From positions 1-28,576 of the forward strand of contig NIVC01004322.1 in NCBI GenBank assembly GCA_002269645.1: a stretch of DNA of 28,576 nucleotides. The letters are read 5' to 3'. The DNA comes from Macrostomum lignano. Taxonomy: Eukaryota. This document shows positions 24,201 to 28,576 of this stretch, one piece after another (position 1 is the first letter of the stretch; each line of letters begins with the position of its first letter). The position numbers were made by a program, and so were the translations under genes. The notes beneath the pieces were generated by a model, which was not told where the DNA came from, did no database searches, and saw nothing but the letters and a program-made list of their open reading frames with translations.

Positions 24201-24576
24201 CAATGGGGCTGATATACACAGGTGCAAAGATGACGCAGAGCCCGCTACTCTCAGCATCTCTAACTAGCCCTGTCGCTGTCAATATATAGAATTAAATGGA
24301 GAGCTTAGAAATGACACTCAATGGGGCTATACACAGGTGCAAAGATGACGCAGAGCCGCTACTCAGCATCTCTAACTAGCCCTGTCGCTGTCAATATATA
24401 GAATTAAATGGAGAGCTTAGAAATGACACTCAATGGGGCTGATATACACAGGTGCAAAGATGACGCAGAGCCCGCTACTCTCAGCATCTCTAACTAGCCC
24501 TGTCGCTGTCAATATATAGAATTAAATGGAGAGCTTAGAAATGACACTCAATGGGGCTGATATACGCAGGTGCAAA
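12238..24576. repeat. Satellite array, 118-bp monomer x about 104.6, essentially invariant
   Basis: Monomer CGCTGTCAATATATAGAATTAAATGGAGAGCTTAGAAATGACACTCAATGGGGCTGATATACACAGGTGCAAAGATGACGCAGAGCCCGCTACTCTCAGCATCTCTAACTAGCCCTGT. Display lines 12241, 15781, 19321 and 22861 are identical (3540 = 30 x 118). One 112-bp unit lies near 24330. Confidence 0.98.
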
Positions 24577-25362
24577 TATTGTTATTTACATAGTTATTTG
24601 AATAACTATAACTTCAAATAGTTTTTCGAAGGATTGTAGTTTTGTCTCTTGAAGTCTAATATGTGTCTTTGTTTTTCTCCTTAAAGTAGTGTATCTGATT
24701 TTAGCTTTATTTTTGTTGGGATAGGGAAAATCTTGTGTTGTTTTATTGGTTTAAGTTTCGTCATTTTTTTATGGCGTATATTTAGAATATATCCTTTTTA
24801 GAAACGGTAATTTTTTGCGCGTCATTTTTAGTTATTTAGAGGATATATTCGATTGTGTCATTTCTACATTCTGCGTCATCCAAACGCCCCAGCGTGAGTC
24901 AGTGCGCGGCCAGCCAATGCCAGCCCGCATGCATTATTCACCGCCTTCGCCTCTAATGAATTCGACTTCATTAACTGCAGCTGCGAGCCCCGCTCGAGGA
25001 GAAAACTTGCTGAATAATTAATAAAGCCAGCAGCCTGCGGCTTGAACACAGATAACAGTAATTAAACTACAGCTACACGGAATGAGACCGAGATGCGGGA
25101 AGGTGCACCGCTAAATTTGCACTTTTACTCGCAGCTGAGCCTGGTCCGCACGGCAATGAGAACTTTATTTCTAAACTGCAGAGCTCTGCTCAATTAGGCA
25201 CAGCCGCACTTTTGAGTGCCGCACGGCTGACGTCAGCGTTGAAATGAAACAAGACTTTACAAGATTGAACGGGCGGGGAAGGGAGAATTCCCCAAGAGAG
25301 GCCGGTCTCCCCTCTCTTGGCGAGGAAGGGAGAACATTTGGTTCCTAATGATGCGGAGGGGC

Positions 25363-26390
25363 AAAGGGGACAGACAGGGCAGAAAGGAGAAAGAGCAGAG
25401 TGGGAACAGAGGGGAAGGAGGGGACAGGGGGGCAGGGAATCAGAGGGGACAGGGGAGCAGAGGGGACAGGAAAGCAGAGGGGACAGGGGAGCAGAGGAGA
25501 CAGGAAAGCAGAGGGGACAGGAAAGCAGAGGGGACAGGAAAGCAGAGGGGACAGGAAAGCAGAGGGGACAGGAAAGCAGAGGGGACAGGAAAGCAGAGGG
25601 GACAGGGGAGCAGAGGAGACAGGAAAGCAGAGGGGACAGGAAAGCAGAGGGGACAGGAAAGCAGAGGGGACAGGAAAGCAGAGGGGACAGGAAAGCAGAG
25701 GGGACAGGAAAGCAGATGAGACAGGAATCTGATGGGACAGGAAAGCAGAGGGGACAGGGAATCTGATGGGACAGGAAAGCAGAGGGGACAGAAGGAACAG
25801 AGGGGACAGGGAGGACAGGGGACAGAGGGGACAGGAAGGACAGGGGACAGAGGGGACAGGGGACAGAGGAGACAGAGAACAGAGGGAGCAGAGGGTACAG
25901 AGGGGACAGAAGGAACAGAGGGGACAGGGAGGACAGGGGACAGAGGGACAGAGGGGACAGGGGACAGAGGAGACAGAGAACAGAGGGAGCAGAGGGTACA
26001 GAGGGGACAGGAAAGCAGAGGGGACAGAAGGAACAGAGGGGACAGGGAGGACAGGGGACAGGAAGGACAGGGGACAGAGGGACAGGGGACAGAGGAGACA
26101 GAGAACAGAGGGAGCAGAGGGTACAGAGGGGACAGGAAAGCAGAGGGGACAGAAGGAACAGAGGGGACAGGGAGGACAGGGGACAGAGGGGACAGGGAGG
26201 ACAGGGAGGACAGGGGACAGAGGAGACAGAGAACAGAGGGAGCAGAGGGTACAGAGGGGACAGGAAAGCAGAGGGGACAGGGGAGCAGAGGGGAAAGGAA
26301 AGCAGAGGGGACAGATGGGAGAGGAGACAGAGAACAGAGGGAGCAGGGGACAGGGGGACAGGGGAGCAGAGGGGGTAGGAGGGGGCGGGA
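25363..26390. repeat. Purine-rich, T-poor minisatellite (17-bp core GAGGGGACAGGAAAGCA grading into degenerate higher-order units)
   Basis: Read directly; the 17-aa periodic translations in all three plus frames reflect 3 x 17 bp. Confidence 0.95.
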
Positions 26391-27152
26391 CCAGGATACG
26401 AGAGTGCAAAATTGCAGAGAAAAGCTGCAAGCAGAAAAAGCCTCGATAAGCAATCGAGAAGCCACAGAGGCGGCGGTCACGCGGGCAGCCAAGCCGCTAT
26501 CAGATGAACGCAGCGGGTTTATCTGCCTAGCAACGGTACGGGTGAACTTCTATGTTAATAAAAAATGAACAGCCAAAGGCAGTGGAGTCAATCAAAACAA
26601 AGGCCCCAGCAACGCTGGTACAGTTTAATTAGTGAATTCGGGAGCGAGTTGGCAGGGCATTTAACACAGCAGTAAAAATATGCAAATAAAAATGGACACT
26701 TTAATTAGCAGGTGGGCAGTTGGACCATCAGATGGGAATGCCTGGCGACAATCTCAAGCTGCAGAGCTGCATCACGGAACAGCGCCGGGCACGCGGCGGA
26801 AAATGGGAAAAAACAAAACTGATGGAGTGCCTGGCATTTGGTCTGAGCAGCACCAAGGAGGAAAATCTGTTGATTTGCAAAAAAGACGGACAGCAAAAGC
26901 AGAGTGCAAAATAAGGCGAATCGGACTTACAGAAATTGAGCTTTAGGAATCATCTCAGTAACTTCAGGCCAATATTAGCCATCTCAGCGGCTGCGCTTGC
27001 GAAAACTCTGAGGACACTTGGCTCAAAAAAGCACACTGGAGGCTCCGGCCTTTTGGATGCTTATGGGGGGCCACTCAATTCACACTTCAGGCTAAAGCTA
27101 AAGCTTCAGGATCATTAAGACAAACTTTAGAGCCTACGTGTACATTCAACTT

Positions 27153-27914
27153 AAGCTTCAGGGTACTCATCTGAAACTTCAGGGTGACTTATTTGAAACT
27201 TCAGGGTGACCCATTTGAAACTTCAGGGGTGACTCATTTGAAACTTCACGGTTAACTCATTTGAAACTTCAGGGTTAACTCATTTGAAACTTCAGGGTTA
27301 ACTCATTTGAAACTTCAGGGGTGACTCATTTGAAACTTCAGGGGTGACTCATTTGAAACTTCAGGGTTAACTCATTTGAAACTTCAGGGTTAACTCATTT
27401 GAAACTTCAGGGTTAACTCATTTGAAACTTCAGGGTTAACTCATTTGAAACTTCAGGGGTGACTCATTTGAAACTTCAGGGGTGACTCATTTGAAACTTC
27501 AGGGGTGACTCATTTGAAACTTCAGGGGTGACTCATTTGAAACTTCAGGGGTGACTCATTTGAAACTTCAGGGTTAACTCATTTGAAACTTCAGGGTTAA
27601 CTCATTTGAAACTTCAGGGGTAACTCATTTGAAACTTCAGGGGTGACTCATTTGAAACTTCAGGGGTGACTCATTTGAAACTTCAGGGGACTCATTTGAA
27701 ACTTCAGGGGTAACTCATTTGAAACTTCACGGTTAACTCATTTGAAACTTCAGGGGTGACTCATTTGAAACTTCACAGTGACTCATTTGAAACTTCAGGG
27801 GTAACTCATTTGAAACTTCACGGTTAACTCATTTGAAACTTCAGGGGTGACTCATTTGAAACTTCAGGGGTAACTCATTTGAAACTTCAGGGGTGACTCA
27901 TTTGAAACTTCAGG
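27153..27914. repeat. 23-bp minisatellite x about 33 (GACTCATTTGAAACTTCAGGGGT / AACTCATTTGAAACTTCAGGGTT variants)
   Basis: Read directly; two main interspersed variants. Confidence 0.96.
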
Positions 27915-28383
27915 AGTCATTTCTCAAAAGCCTGAGGGGCAATTTATTTATAAATTGAGTAGACACTCAGGCAAAGCATCAGTCAGAACAAAAAGGCTAA
28001 AAGCAAAGCAGGCCGGTCCCCAAAAAGTGCTGGATTTTGAGCCTAAAAAGAGTCTTACACTTAAGATTTTGCAACACAACACGTAAAAACTAAATAAAAA
28101 AGGTAAACACAGAATACAAAGAACTCAATTTGATAAAAAAGCCAGTGAGCGGTGAGCAGTGTGATGAAGGCGGCACGCGGGCCAGCCCAATAGCTTCAGG
28201 AATACATACAAAGGAATTCAACAAGCGCTGAGCAGGCTGCTGAGCACAGGAAGCGGTGAGCGAGCTTAGGTATGTACATGAGTGACAGTGGCAGTAGGGC
28301 CGCAAAGCAGCTGCGAGATGAGCAATGAGCGACATGACGGCAGTGCAGGTATGTACAGTTGGCGAGCAAGGCTCGGTAAAGTA

Positions 28384-28494
28384 AGACTCTTTGTTCGCTT
28401 CGCCTAGTCCGCTATTCTGATAGGTCAAAGGTGGAAGATTTCGGCTGGAATGCTTGCCGTGAGCTGTCAGGCAAGCGAGGCGAACAAAGAGTCT
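28384..28494. repeat. 20-bp inverted repeat with a 71-nt spacer
   Basis: AGACTCTTTGTTCGCTTCGC (28384-28403) vs GCGAGGCGAACAAAGAGTCT (28475-28494): 19/20 Watson-Crick pairs, the remaining one G-U compatible. Confidence 0.8.
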
Positions 28495-28576
28495 CCCCTG
28501 TGGCCCGGCACGAACCCCAGTTTGAGCAGTTCACAGTGCTCTGTGACCGAATATAGCAAGCAAACCAATGCAGCCA

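Noticed and set aside
12238-24576. CRISPR array or tandem 5S rRNA genes (unit length near 120 bp)
   Set aside because: No variable spacers, no cas genes and a eukaryotic context; the monomer does not resemble 5S rRNA on either strand and has no Pol III box.
24860-24920. Promoter call from TGAGTCA and CCAAT motifs
   Set aside because: Short motifs with no linked gene or TSS evidence.
25317-26568. Overlapping long ORFs on both strands (RGQ/EGT-rich and PLSP/CPL-rich)
   Set aside because: The T-poor repeat lacks stops in all frames; periodicity follows DNA units not divisible by 3.
26680-27118. Short plus-strand ORFs (60-88 aa) as exons
   Set aside because: No recognisable motifs, start context or coherent splice chain.
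28140-28390. Plus-strand exons suggested by repeated AG|GTATGT and GTAAGA donors
   Set aside because: Trial splicing gave early stops and no recognisable protein; not supportable without transcripts.

Overview
Repeat-rich eukaryotic (metazoan, probably invertebrate) genomic DNA; species not identifiable from sequence alone. No bacterial genes, rRNA, tRNA or CRISPR array can be supported. Contents: (1) 3' end of an RNase H-bearing I-group (Loa/Tad1/I-like) non-LTR retrotransposon with a strongly base-paired 3' end and (TAAG)5 tail (1-675); (2) six reconstructable minus-strand coding exons (4061->1964, 305 aa) for a signal peptide plus most of a GABA-B-receptor-like Venus flytrap domain, whose best model needs two consecutive GC-AG introns and one AAG acceptor; (3) two complete hAT MITEs with 8-bp TSDs and an orphan Charlie-type end; (4) a second, unidentified minus-strand spliced gene whose first intron is almost entirely a minisatellite; (5) many tandem arrays, dominated by a near-perfect 12.3-kb array of about 104.6 x 118 bp, with a diverged relic of its monomer about 0.7 kb upstream. 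Most long ORFs in the supplied track are artefacts of stop-free repeats. No clearly new biological system is demonstrated; the best leads are the non-canonical splicing, the structured LINE 3' end, the satellite progenitor motif and the minisatellite-filled intron.
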